DNA from: Octopus bimaculoides
Taxonomy: Eukaryota
Assembly: GCF_001194135.2 (NCBI RefSeq)
Contig: NC_069001.1
Coordinates: 11,144,265 to 11,208,264 of the forward strand
Length of the DNA: 64,000 bases
Direction: 5' to 3'
Below are positions 1 to 12,397 of this stretch, one piece after another. The notes beneath the pieces were generated by a model. It made no database searches. It worked only from the letters and a program-made list of their open reading frames with translations, and was not told the origin of the DNA. The translations under genes were made by a program, and so were the position numbers. Numbering within the stretch: the first letter of the stretch is position 1; every line of letters begins with the position of its first letter.

Positions 1-681
1 ATTTTTCAGCACCCTTGCATGCAAGTATTCTCTACAGACGGCACGTATAATCTCAATTAATCGAAGTTCTTTTCACACAGTATTATATATGTGAGATCCT
101 ACCATATGTGTATTTAATATGCAGACAACCCGCCATACGTGCATTAGTATCCTGGGGTATTTCTCGTCAGCCATTGTGTTGATACAACTATGTTTTTCTT
201 TTTAAAATATCCTTACTTTTTTTTTTGAGAGCGGAACAATCGGGAATGTATGCACGGAAAAAAAAGAAACAAAGATAATTATAAACATAAAAAAATAAAC
301 AAATAAATAAATAAATAAATAAGAATGAAAAAAAGGGTAGTAAAGTAAAATAAGAAATTAAATGAGAAAAGAAACTAAAAAGAAGAAAGAAAAACAGATA
401 AAGAGAAGTAAGAAATAAAAACAAGCTGCGAAAAATTATATTAAATTCATTGGAAACTGACTGGGTTGTGTTGCATGACGGGAAAATTAATCAGAGCCGA
501 ATAAAATTGCCTTTACAAGGCGTTTAGCTTTCATAGTGTAATGATTGTAGTTGAATGGTGAAGACTGCACAGGGAGAAATGTGAAAAATTAATTAAAATC
601 GGACAAACTTGCCAGTTGTAAACAGCTTCAGCTAGAAGCGCCACCTTCTTCCTTCATACTTCTACCTCGCATTCGCCGTTT

Positions 682-975
682 TCTTCTTCTTCATTATAAT
701 CATTATCATTTTCTTTTTCTTCTTCTCCTCCTCCATCTTCATTTTCTATTTCTCCTTCTCCTCCTCCGTGGTCTTCGTTTTCTTTTTCTTCTTATTCGTT
801 TTCTTCTTATTCGTCTTTTTCTTCATCTTCTTCTCCACCACCATCATCATCATCTTTTTCTCCTCCTCCTCTTCCGTCATCGTCGTCTTCTCCTCCTCCT
901 CGTCATCAACATCATCACCTACACTTCCTCCTCCCTTTCTTCTACTTCCTCTTCATCATCTTCATCTTCTTTTTC
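682..975. repeat. Compound pyrimidine-rich trinucleotide microsatellite (TCT/TCC/TCA)n
   Basis: Direct reading; explains the F/S/L-rich spurious ORF 768..1274. Confidence 0.95.
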
Positions 976-1004
976 TTCTTCCAAAGTGGTATAATAGCAC
1001 GCCA

Positions 1005-1180
1005 GACAAAATGCATAGCAGTATTTTTTTTTCCGTCTTTATGTCCCGAGTTCAAATTCCACCAAGGTCTACTCTACATTCTCATTCTTGCCGAATCGAT
1101 AAAATACGCTCAGTTGAGCACAGATGTCAATGTGATCTTCCAGAACCCGTCAAAATTTTAGGTCCTGTGCTTATATTAGA
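1005..1180 (+). mobile_element. Decayed tRNA-derived SINE, family C
   Basis: B-box-like gagttcaaattccaccaagg, body gataaaatacgctcagttgagcac and tail aaaattttaggtcctgtgcttatattagaaagaat, matching the better copies at 23047 and 40188. Confidence 0.7.
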
Positions 1181-1411
1181 AAGAATTCTTACTACTATTC
1201 ACATCTGGATTGTCGTCAGGTCCTCACTGCCCTCAACCAGATGGACAATATGGGCGGTGGAAGTTCTACCGTAGCAATCTATTGAAATCTAGTTGTGGGC
1301 AAGTACGATGACGCTCTCGGGGAAACTCTAGATTTCCATGAGGATAAACTAGCTGCTATATTTCGGATGAGTTTAGGACCCGATACTACCATGGATAGTT
1401 TCCCTAAATCT

Positions 1412-1775
1412 CTGACTTGGTATTTAATTTATCGACCCAGAAAGGATGAAAAGTAAAGTCGGCCTCGGCAGAATTTGAACTCAGAACGCAGTGATAGACG
1501 AAATACCACTAAGCATTTCGTCCAGCGTCCTAATGATTCTTATTCCTTTATTGCCCACAAGGGGCTAAACATAGAGGAGACAAACAGGGACAGACAAACG
1601 GATTAAGTCGATTACATTGACCCCAGTGCGTAACTGGTACTTAATTTATTGACCCCGAAAGGATGAAAGGCAAAGTCGATCTCGGCGGGATTTGATCTCA
1701 GAACGCAGTGACAGACGAAATATCCCTAAGCATTTCGTCCAGCGTGCTAACGATTCTGCCAGCTTGCTGCCTTAT
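1412..1775 (-). mobile_element. Two head-to-tail family C SINEs (partial 1412-1541, near full-length 1542-1775)
   Basis: The reverse complement carries a tRNA-like head (ggcagcaagctggcagaatcgttagcacgc...ctgagatcaaatccc), a body (gactttgcctttcatcctttcgggg) and a tail (tttagccccttgtgggcaataaagga). The body occurs twice. Confidence 0.9.
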
Positions 1776-2026
1776 AAAACTAGCGGCTCTACCAACTCGT
1801 TACCTTATACGGGTGATAAACAACATGAAAATCCGACTGCATTTAAGGCGTAAAGTTAAGTGGCTTGCCTTGTGAACATCTTGCTTCGAGTTCGGTCCCA
1901 CCACACGGCAACTTTGGTAAGTACGTCCTGCCGTACTCTTCTGTTAAGTAATGAATTGTTCCACTTTAAAACTCCTATGGCATATGTCACTACATCATAA
2001 ATCCGTAATATTATATTACCTTAATA

Positions 2027-2350
2027 CAGGGGTCGGCGAGCCGGAGTAAATTACCCCAAATGGGGTAAAAATGAAATTCTTGTGGCTAATGAGGACTCAT
2101 TAGACATAAGCAAAATTATATGAAAAACATGTTTCTGGTTACGAGAGAATTTTTTTTTCTAGCAACACTGCATCTGTCCAATGTAATGGACACGTAAATA
2201 GATTCATAAAAATAGATTCAATAAAATAGATTCAATTAACCTTTTGAATTCAAACAATCTATGATTTTCTTCCTTTCAAATGAAGTGGATAGTGTCGGGG
2301 TAAATAAATATATTTTGGGGTAATTGGTTACAAAAGTTCCCCGACCCCTA
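2027..2350. mobile_element. Non-autonomous hAT-type MITE (~324 bp)
   Basis: TIRs caggggtcggcga / tccccgaccccta; degenerate 8-bp TSD ccttaata / ctttaatg; internal aaatagattca x3. Confidence 0.8.
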
Positions 2351-2774
2351 CTTTAATGAACTTTTGGTAATATGTTCTTAGTGTCGTTATATTATACATT
2401 GTATATAATACTTTCTATTGTCAGTACAAGGCTTGAATTTTGTGGGAGAGAACTAGTCAATTAGATTGACCCCAGTATTCAACTGGTACTAATTTTAGCG
2501 ACCCCGCGATTTTGCCTTGTTCCCGCGCCGGGAAAAATGCTTAATGGCGTTTCGTCCGTACATGCGTTCTGGTTTCAAATGCTGCCGAGGTCGATTTTGC
2601 ATTTCGTCTTTTTGAGATCGATAAAATAAGTACTATTTGCCAATGAAACAAAGTGCTTTACATGATCGATCGTTCTCTGAAAGAATAGTAGCTAAATGCC
2701 AATCACACTATAAAAGGCGGCATATGGGTCGATAAGGTAGCTGAAGACACATGAAAAAAAATTAGACTACTATA

Positions 2775-3184
2775 GGCGCAGGAGTGGCTGTGTGGTAAGT
2801 AGCTTGCTTCCCAACCACATGGTTTCGGGTTCAGTCCCATTGCGTGGCACCTTGGGCAAGTGTCTTCTACAATAGCCTCGGGCTGACCAAAGCCTTGTGA
2901 GTAAATTTGGTAGACCGAAACTGAAAAGAAGCCCGTCGTATATATGTATATATATATATGTATGTAAGTGTGTGTGTGTCTGTATATGTCCCCCCAGCAT
3001 CGCTTGACAACCGATGCTGGTGTGTTTACGTCCCCGTAACCTAGCAGTCAGTTCGGCAAAAGAGACCGATAGAATAGGTACTAGGCTTGCAAAGAATAAG
3101 TCCTGGGGTCGATTTGCTCGACTAAAGGCGGTGCTCCAGCATGGCCACAGTCAAATGACTGAAACAAGTAAAATAGTAAAAGAG
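2775..3184 (+). mobile_element. Full-length bipartite tRNA-derived SINE, family A/B (head+core, internal (TA)/(TG) microsatellite, 3' module)
   Basis: A-box tggctgtgtgg, B-box gggttcagtccc, core ccttgggcaagtgtcttct, microsatellite at 2940-2985, then module B ending gtcaaatgactgaaacaagtaaaa. More than 10 related copies occur in the window. Confidence 0.92.
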
Positions 3185-4009
3185 CATGGGTTTGCACTGT
3201 GACTCTGCAGCGACACATAAATGTTTTTGAAACTGAAATGGCAATAAAAATATAGCGATATGAATCAACAACTACCCGAAATCCAAAATTACGTGATAAA
3301 GTTAGTTCAGTGATATCTGGGGTAGGTTTACTATATTGCGTATATCATGATACTTCAGAAATGGAATCAGAAAAACTCTTTTACGAAGACATCTGGATTT
3401 TAATTTAAAAATTGTACCAAGTATTGAAACAAGCGTGCTCTGTTGATAATTTTAAACCGCGCAATGATACTTATCACATTCACATTAATAGTAGGTGTGA
3501 TCAGACATATCAATTTACAATCAAGCATGTGGGGATACACTCACACACACACACGTGTGTAAACATGTAATATATGAAATCTGAGTTTATGCTTATGTGC
3601 TTGAGCGTGTGTTTTTGATATAAACTATTTGTCATACAGAAGCATTGTAGAAACAAAAACACGACGACATATAACTACGTATCTATTTATCCCGCTTGCT
3701 CGATATAAACACACACGTACGCATATGTGAGCGTCTGTATGCTTATGATGTGTGCGTGTATGTGATTATAACTATTTATATGTATAAGTAATCGCGTTTC
3801 TGTAATCTAATAAGTAGAATTCGTGAAAGATATCAGGGCAAGATATCATAACCTAGATATTTAAACAAAGTACTTGTCCGCCGTAAGGCGATTTACTTGT
3901 CGATAACACTGTCAAACTTCTCTATCGTGATAAATAAACACCTTTAATCTCTCATAGGTGCATACATACAGGCATACATACATAAATATACAAATACATA
4001 ATGTGTAAA

Positions 4010-4089
4010 CATATATATATATATATGTATGTATATCTATGTATATGTATATATATTTATGTATGTATATACATAAATATCTATCTGTC

Positions 4090-4172
<83 letters not shown>

Positions 4173-4375
4173 TCACACAAAAAAACACACATGCATGCAT
4201 ACAGAAATGTGCATATTTAGAAAGACACCGCACCACAACGACGACGACGGCAGCGAGCTTCACCACGACGACCACCACCACCACCACCACCACCACCACC
4301 ACCAACTCCAACACCACCAAGAAGAAGAAAAAATAAGAAGAAGAAGAAGAAGAAGAACAACAACAACAACACCTA
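4010..4375. repeat. Compound microsatellite (TA)/(CA), then (ACG)(ACC)(AAG)(AAC)
   Basis: Direct reading; source of the poly-T/H/V/R ORFs. Confidence 0.95.
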
Positions 4376-5322
4376 TCTTGATAATTCATTCTCACATTTA
4401 TCTCATTTTATTTCATTATTCATCTTCTTAAACTATTGTCGTATCTTCACTTGATTTCATTTGCTCCTAGTTTCCCAGTTTTTGTCTTCTCCCACCCAAC
4501 ATTCACAACTCGTTTACCTCCATTTTCATTTTTTTTTTTGTTGTATCTCTAAGCAGCACAAGTTAAAATTTTGTTGTGCTAACTTTCATTGTTTCTATCA
4601 TTATTGTAATTGAGGATGATATCGCTCTTGTTACGTAGTTCTTCTTGTCGTTGGCTTTATTTAAATGTGGTTGTTGTTGCCAGTGATGGCACTTTATCAT
4701 GCTTTTGTTGTTGTTTAACAATAATTGAGCTTCATACTAATGTCCTCGCTTCGGCTACTCGACTCCTCTACCACGGCTAGACTATCTCTATTTATATGTC
4801 TTGGGCGATCCTACTTCTTCGCTTGGGGACGTCGACACAACACATACATACATCTTTATTCGTCTCTGTTGTTCAAATAAATGCCACAGGTCACACTCAC
4901 ACATTTCTCTCTGCCCATTTTTGCCGAATTTATGCAAATTACGTGGGCAATGAAAGTGTTATGGTCTTTGACTGCTGAAAATTGGGTAAAATAATTGTCG
5001 GACTTATGATTCCTGTGGCGTTAGAAGTACATGTCTACTACAGTACTCCTATCTCGAAGCAGTAAATCATTTCAATGGCTTAACGTCATGTCAAATGAAT
5101 CCATACGATTGCTTTTCCTTCTCGTCTGCTTCTGGCTTCATTACCGGTTGCTAATTGTGACAGTCTCTAGAAGCAAACATTTTAATTTAGAAAGAACTTG
5201 TGTCCTATGATATTTTCCTACGTTATATATAAATATGTGTGTGCGTGCGTACTCGTGTGTTATGTATGTATGCATGTATGTATGTATGCATGTATGTATG
5301 TATGCATGTATGTATGTATGTA

Positions 5323-5700
5323 TACTTGCAGATTTGTATGTTTTCTCATTCATATAGTTGCATATCTAGACGTGCTCATATATACTTAAATTATAAACGT
5401 CTGCGAAGTTTTACAGATTTTTACTGTTCCAGTGATAGATTGGATCTATAGTTTTCGAATCAGCTTTCTCCTTTTTTGGTTTTAAGAAACCTAATTTCAT
5501 AAGATTGGTATTTAGGCAACGTGTTACATATCCCAGTGCCCCAATAATTACAGGTATAAACCTGAACTTGCAATCTAAACAGAGAAACTGCAGATTTCTC
5601 AACAGTTCAGCGTACGTAATCTCTTTTTCACTGATCTTCAACTTTATGTTAACATCCGCTGAGCATCTGTGCATATTCTCTCTTCTCCATTCCAAATTAT
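5323..5700 (-). mobile_element. 3' end of an RLE-type non-LTR retrotransposon (R4/NeSL-like): restriction-like endonuclease fragment plus 3' UTR
   Basis: ORF 5411..5695 encodes ADVNIKLKISEKEITYAELLRNLQ...FRFIPVIIGALGYV, matching the RLE C-terminal pattern D.NI....EK..KY..L...IPV.IGALG. It is frameshifted at the end, and its 3' UTR runs into a (TACA)n tract. Confidence 0.8.
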
Positions 5701-6204
5701 TTCATCATTATATCTATTCGAATCATCATATCATAATGTATGTATGTATTATGTATATCTGTATGTATGCATTATGTCTGTACATAGGTGTATGTACGCA
5801 GGCTCGTTATGTGGGGAAACGTGACTGTGTGACTAGCATCAGTTATTGAATAGGAGAATAACATATTAGAGATGAATATTGTACTCATTTATTTGTGACG
5901 AACAGAAACTAACGTTTTGGGTCTTGGTATTCATCTGTGAATGAGGCAAAAGAAAAATAGAATGATGTCGTTTGGACTAGAAATAAACTTTTAAAATAAA
6001 TATACATGTATTAAAGGATGGGGCTTGTGGCACGCCAATTAAAAAAAAAACATTAAAAGACAGTTTAAAATTGAAGGAAATGAGTCTTGGATTAAAAAGG
6101 GTATACATACGAAAGATGGCGGGGACACACACACATAAGTGGTTGACATTTATGTATATATATATANNNNNNNNNNNNNNNNNNNNNNNNNNNNNNNNNN
6201 TATA

Positions 6205-6330
6205 TACTCTTACTTGTTTCAGTCATTTGACTGAGGTCATGCTGGAGCACCGTCCTGTAGTCGAGCAGATCGACCCCAGGACTTATTCTTTGTAAGCCTA
6301 GTACTTATTTTTATCGGTCTCTTTTGCCGA
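6205..6330 (-). mobile_element. SINE family A/B, module B fragment
   Basis: cttgtttcagtcatttgactg...gctggagcacc...gtcgagcagatcgaccccaggacttattc is the reverse complement of 3050-3170. Confidence 0.9.
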
Positions 6331-6331
6331 C

Positions 6332-6520
6332 TGGAAGAAGGAGGAGGAGGAGGAGATGGAGGAGATGGAGGAGGAGATTAAGGAGGAGGAAGAGGAAGGG
6401 GAGGGGAAGAACAGGAGGAAGAAGAGGATGGAGAAGAAAAACGACAAAGAAGGACAAGAAAAAGAAGAAGGAGGAGAAGGAGAGATGACGAAGAAGAAGA
6501 AGAAGAAGAAGAAGAAGAAA
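6332..6520. repeat. Purine-rich (GGA)/(GAA)n microsatellite
   Basis: Direct reading; explains the E/K-rich ORF 6356..6556. Confidence 0.95.
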
Positions 6521-7721
6521 TTAAAAGCTCAGTGCCCACTTGACTTCATACTTTAAAAAAAGGGAAAAGGCGAAGGAATGAAGTAAACCTGATTCTGGTG
6601 ATAATAATATCCTGATTCCGAAGATAAAGTTTCAATTTATTTCGAAAACAAGGAAGAGATTAGGAAAAAGAAAAGTGTGTTGAGAGGAAGATTGTTATCA
6701 TTTTACTGGCAACTATCTTAACTGATGACAGTTTGTCATCATATCTTGAACATTCACAGAATTATATTCTAAATTTGTTATTGAGTGAAAAAAAATTCCC
6801 TTAAGAAATAAAAAGGCACTGCAGTGAAAGAAATGTCTAAGAACTCTGCTAAAAACTCAAAGAGTACTTATTTTTTATGCGATGTTTGTGTTGTTATTAC
6901 CCATAAATCGACACTATTTGAAGCGGTTCATTATTACAAACAGTTCCATTAGTGAGCATTAGATTTATGCTTTTAATTCAGTCATACATAATGTGTTTCA
7001 GAAATTATTATGCAGATTTTATCGTTATTTTTCTTTTTTGTTCCTTTATGAGACAGAACGGTGTGATTCCAGTGAGATTTGGTTGATATTGCTAAGAGTT
7101 CTAGTGGCCATGTAGACGCAGGTTCGTAGTTCTGTACATCATTCAGTTTTGTTTAGGCTTTCAATTGAAACTTCATGATTCCTATCCAGTAACAAGGAGT
7201 GACCTTGCTGACCCGATGGTGTTTGCCAAGTTTACATTGAACATGTTTACATTCAACATGTGAGACGTATTCATCGTCTGTAAACTAAATACAGATGTTT
7301 TTAACAGATATACAAGACTTTTGCCCTCTACTCTTTTACTCGCCACCGCATTGATACAATATCAATGTGTGTCTAAGATACTATTCCATTTCCCCATGAA
7401 CAGTTTCAAAAATCTCTCTTGACAATTACTTATGTCTGTCCGTGGGGCCACAGTCACGATCTAAATGGCGTCATACGTCAATGCTGAACCCACCAAATTG
7501 ATTACTAGCTTCCATAGCTGAGCGCCTATACAGACGTTCTATCAACCAGAATTATCAGGATTTAGTAGATAACATAATTTGGAGTAAAGCATATATAAAA
7601 AGACGGTTGCTCATAATTAGAATGCCGTTTTCCGTAGCTCCACACGAACAGAACTGAACTGCGATTAACGAAATCCACAAACGTTATTGCTAATCAGGTT
7701 TAGACACGAATTTTTAAAAAA

Positions 7722-7875
7722 GGCGCAGGAGTGGCTGTGGGGTAAGCAGCTTGTATGGTTCCGGGTTCAGTCCCGCTGCGTGGCACGTTGGGCAAGTGTC
7801 TTCTACTATTGCCTCGGGCTGTTCAAAGCCTTGTGAGTAGATTTGGTAGACGGAAACTGTAAGAAGCTCATCGTG
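7722..7875 (+). mobile_element. SINE family A/B, module A followed by expanded (TA)n/(TG)n
   Basis: Aligns by eye to 2775-2940; module B is not seen downstream. Confidence 0.9.
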
Positions 7876-7884
7876 CATATATAC

Positions 7885-7935
<51 letters not shown>

Positions 7936-8069
7936 CATATACATATATACACACATATATATATATACATATATGTGTGTGTGTGTGTGTTTGTGTGCCT
8001 ATAAAGTAAGCTTTCGCTAACAAAGACAAATCCACAGATTTCAATAATTCACCCAATAAAAAAAAACGC

Positions 8070-8110
<41 letters not shown>

Positions 8111-9148
8111 TCTGTAGATGAAAATAGTGGTAAAGTTAGTAACTAACTAACTCTTTCAAAGACTGTACTTAATATGAAAATATTTTGCATTAAAGTTAGC
8201 TTTCAAAATGGACGAAAATNNNNNNNNNNNNNNNNNNNNNNNNNNNNNNNNNNNNNNNNNNNNNNNNNNNNNNNNNNNNNNNNNNNNNNNNNNNNNNNNN
8301 NNNNNNNNNNNNNNNNNNNNNNNNNNNNNNNNNNNNNNNNNNNNNNNNNNNNNNNNNNNNNNNNNNNNNNNNNNNNNNNNNNNNNNNNNNNNNNNNNNNN
8401 NNNNNNNNNNNNNNNNNNNNNNNNNNNNNNNNNNNNNNNNNNNNNNNNNNNNNNNNNNNNNNNNNNNNNNNNNNNNNNNNNNNNNNNNNNNNNNNNNNNN
8501 NNNNNNNNNNNNNNNNNNNNNNNNNNNNNNNNNNNNNNNNNNNNNNNNNNNNNNNNNNNNNNNNNNNNNNNNNNNNNNNNNNNNNNNNNNNNNNNNNNNN
8601 NNNNNNNNNNNNNNNNNNNNNNNNNNNNNNNNNNNNNNNNTATATATATGTATATATATATATATATATTAATTTCGCTAGCTACACATTAATCTCTATT
8701 GTAGCTGTTGTATACTATTCAAGTTGCTGAGTTATTGGAGCAGATGTGGACGAGACGTGCAATGTCCTGGTAAAGTGGGTTTCTTATCTTATCTTCTAGA
8801 TAACATAACAACCTCACTACTCAAATTTATTCATTTGATTTTTCCTAGAAATATTGACAGATATTGAAAAATATATTGCTGTAATTCATCAAATATTTCG
8901 TTGTCCCGGCAGACGACTGATAACTGTGAGACGCCGAGAAACAACGCAAGGAATTGTGCTGAAGTAGCTATTTCACTTCACGTGGTTAGCGTCTACAGAC
9001 AGATATCCAATCAAAATAAAAAGGGGTCCGGTTTAGGAGTGCAAGGTCCCGGAGATTTCCCCAATATGCATTGGAAAAGAACCCTATTGAAGAGCAACCT
9101 GAACTGTGTTAGATTGTGAGTATGCACCATTGGGTGCATACTCACAAT

Positions 9149-9400
9149 CTGAAAGAAGCCCGTCGTATATATGTATATGTATGTATATATGTGTGTGTGT
9201 TTGTGTTTCTATGTTTGTCCCCCTCCCCCCAATATCGCTTGACAACCGATGCAGGTGTGTTTACATCCCCGTAACTTAGCGGTTCGGCAAAAGATCTCGA
9301 TAGAATACGTACTAGACTTACAAGTCCTGGGGTCGATTTGCTCGACTAAAGGCGATGCTCCAGTACGGCCGCAGTCAAATGACTGAAACAAGTAAAAGAG
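9149..9400 (+). mobile_element. 5'-truncated SINE family A/B
   Basis: Starts at ctgaaagaagcccgtcgtatat, followed by the microsatellite and a complete module B. Confidence 0.9.
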
Positions 9401-9499
9401 TGTAATGAGTATTCTAATCTGACCTTCGGTTTTAAGAAAATATTCCAAGATTTTCTGGAAGATTTAACAGGATGATCGTCTAAGAGGAAGTTTTATTGT

Positions 9500-10020
9500 A
9501 CTTCTTCACTCTGGCAATATACATACTAGAATGTACCATGTATCAGGTTGAGTATTCCAATTTATTAGGTGATCTGGCTAGGAGATCAGTTATTTCTGTT
9601 CTGTCAACTTCTCTACACTTTGTTCCGATCAAATACTCTGAACTCAAGATAGTTCTGTAGAACTCCACTTAAGGTACTTGCGTGAGAGATGTTTAGGTCT
9701 ATAAAAACAAGTCGAGCTCGACAACATCAGAACTTAGAACGCAAAGATCCGGAAATAACACTGCAAATCATCCAATCTGATGCTCTTCTAATAGCGTTAG
9801 TCATCACCCTTGACTGGTGAATTATTTGTCGCTCCCGGAAGGATAACATGTAAGTTGATCATGGCGGTATTTGGATTGAAAACACAGGGAGACAGAATGG
9901 ATATCACAAGGCAGTTCGTCTGATGCTGTTATACTTTTATCAATTCGTCTCTTTGGAAAACAAAAGAAAAAAATCCCCGTCCTCAAATTGACATGCAAAT
10001 TATTCTGCCAAATTTGCACT
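9500..10020 (-). pseudogene. Possible highly decayed LINE apurinic-endonuclease relic
   Basis: The minus strand gives DELPCDIHSVSL...LTCY and VELDLFL-like segments, reminiscent of APE domains; many stops and frameshifts. Confidence 0.25.
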
Positions 10021-10621
10021 AGTTACGGTTTTCATCACCAAGTTTTTTCGCAGAAGTTTCAAGTCTCAAGGTAATTCAAGTCGAAGCCATATTGTCAATT
10101 GAAATCGAATTACAGCATTGAACTTCTATTGGAGTAGCGTGGGGGCCGGGTCGGGCGGGGGGAAACTACAGCAAAAACAAGACTAACAACAACTTGACCT
10201 GATTTATCCTAGATTCGTGACAGGGAGACCAAAATCTTCCATCGTGTCCCTTGCAACTCAATGCTTTATGAGACTCTACACATAATAAATTATTTCTCTT
10301 ATTTACATGTCAACAAATAAGAAGCGTCCTACAACTATATTTAGATTCGTTAATAACTAACGCCGTAATATATCACTGGAGCTGTCATCTTGACATTAAT
10401 AATAACGATCGCTTCCTAATGAATCAAATGTCTTTCCACATGACTAACATTTTACAGGTTCAGTTTCTTAAAGAACAACAAAAGAAAACAACAGCAAGAA
10501 AAAAAGCTAATAAAAAACAACAATTATCTGATTTCTTTTAAGGGCGAAGGAACTGATATGTCATAAATAAAGTTATACTGGAATTAATATACTCGTCTCT
10601 CCCTATATCTATCTATCTATC

Positions 10622-10676
<55 letters not shown>

Positions 10677-11321
10677 TTATGNNNNNNNNNNTGTGTGTGT
10701 GTGTGTGTGTATTTATGTGTGTATATGTATATATACATGTAAATATATATATGAATATATATGTATATATATGTATGTATATGTGCATATTTATATATAG
10801 TTATATACATATATTAGGCATACATGTATAAATATATACATGTATGTATGTATCTATCTATCTATCTATCTATCTATCCATTGTTATGCTTGGGGACTCA
10901 TTTTTTTCCAATTAAACACACGCACTTTAAGTTTGGTCTTCACTTGAGCTTTATAATTATTTTAGTTTCTTTGTCACGCATACAAACATACTTATGTTTG
11001 TACGTGCATGTGCATGCGCGTGGTGTGTACTGTAACGACAGTATCCTACAGAGACGGTCGCAGGTTCAAATACAGAGGTTGGACTGAGCCATCTAAGTTT
11101 CTATTAATATATGACAACATCTAAATTTCAAGAAATATGTCAATGTCTCGCATCGAAAGACAAATGTTGCCGATCTTCACACTTACGTGACTGCAAGGGG
11201 ACTAATTTTGCTGATTAATTACATTTAATTATTTCATTCCTAATTAGTAAATGACAATATCTATTGGTTTTGACAGAACTTCGAACTTCAAATGACAAGG
11301 TTAAAATGCTGTAAATAATTA

Positions 11322-11485
11322 CCGTATTTTAACGTGTATAAAAAAACCCCTAATTTTGGGGGTCTTAAATTTTGATAAAAAAAGGTTTTGTAAGGGATTA
11401 TAGTACTATCCATGTATAAATAACTCCCATATATTTTTACCTAATTTTTGACAAAGAAGGGTTCCTTATACACGTTAAAATACAG
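11322..11485. mobile_element. Tc1/mariner-superfamily (Tc2/Kanga-like) MITE
   Basis: 20-bp TIRs ccgtattttaacgtgtataa / ttatacacgttaaaatacag (19/20 match) with TA on both sides. Confidence 0.85.
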
Positions 11486-11527
11486 TACAATTGTCCAGTG
11501 TTTTCTGACTACACATATTTCAAAGGC

Positions 11528-11715
11528 TGTGAGCCAGTAGAATCGTTAGCACGCCGGGGAAAATGCTAAGCGGCATTTTGTCCATATTACTTCCTGAGTT
11601 CAAACTCTACTAAGGTCGACTTTACCTTCCAGTTTTTCGGGTTCCTTAAACGAGTACCAGCTGAGCACTGGTAATCAACTTACGCCCTTCAAAATTATTG
11701 GCCTTGTGCCAGTAA
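11528..11715 (+). mobile_element. SINE family C
   Basis: gagccagtagaatcgttagcacgccgggga...gagttcaaactc...ggtcgactttaccttcc. Confidence 0.85.
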
Positions 11716-12119
11716 TATTGGCGGGCGTAAGTGTACTATTTATTTCTCACATTGGCAATCTCGGCCACACATATAAATGATATTATTTTTATTTTCATAC
11801 ATAAATTATAGATCTTCATAACAGTGATTCATTATGTCAAAGATTCCATTCACGTATTAGATTTCCTTATACTCAGAACGTAATGACGGACGAAAATACC
11901 GCAAAGAACATTGTCCGGCGTGGAAACAATTCTTCCAGCTGGATTCCTTTGAAATAAGTATTGTCTGACAAACACATTGGACAGATGCAATTATTTTACA
12001 GCATATACTATTAAGGTTGAAAGGGCAGCATCCGAACTTGCTTCGTTAAGTACATTTTTAGAGCCGGTCTTTAGTTCTCCTCTTACATCACCATGAAGTG
12101 GATGCCACGTATTCCATGA

Positions 12120-12397
12120 AATACATGTTTCTTGGGCTTCAAAGTTTTAGGTTTTCAACATCAGACCGCCTTACATAACTCATTGAGCCGGGGTTGATCA
12201 GGTTCCACTTTGCAACGAAATAGTAGCAAACCAGCGATCTAATCTTTTTACCCACAAGCCACTTGGAGTCATGTTCTACAGCCTCAGGTAATGAAATTTA
12301 TGGCCCCTTCTCTTTTCTGCACCAGTAAATCCAAGCCCGGTTAGAGCTAGGCAGAATGAACGCCAAACGAAACGCGGCAGCCCACAAGCTTTGCCGC
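12120..12397 (-). mobile_element. HERO-like RLE non-LTR retrotransposon 3' end, copy 2
   Basis: RFVWRSFCLALTGLGFTGAEKRR, then 3' UTR cctgatcaaccccggct...ggtctgatgttgaaaac, as in HERO-type tails. Confidence 0.75.
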
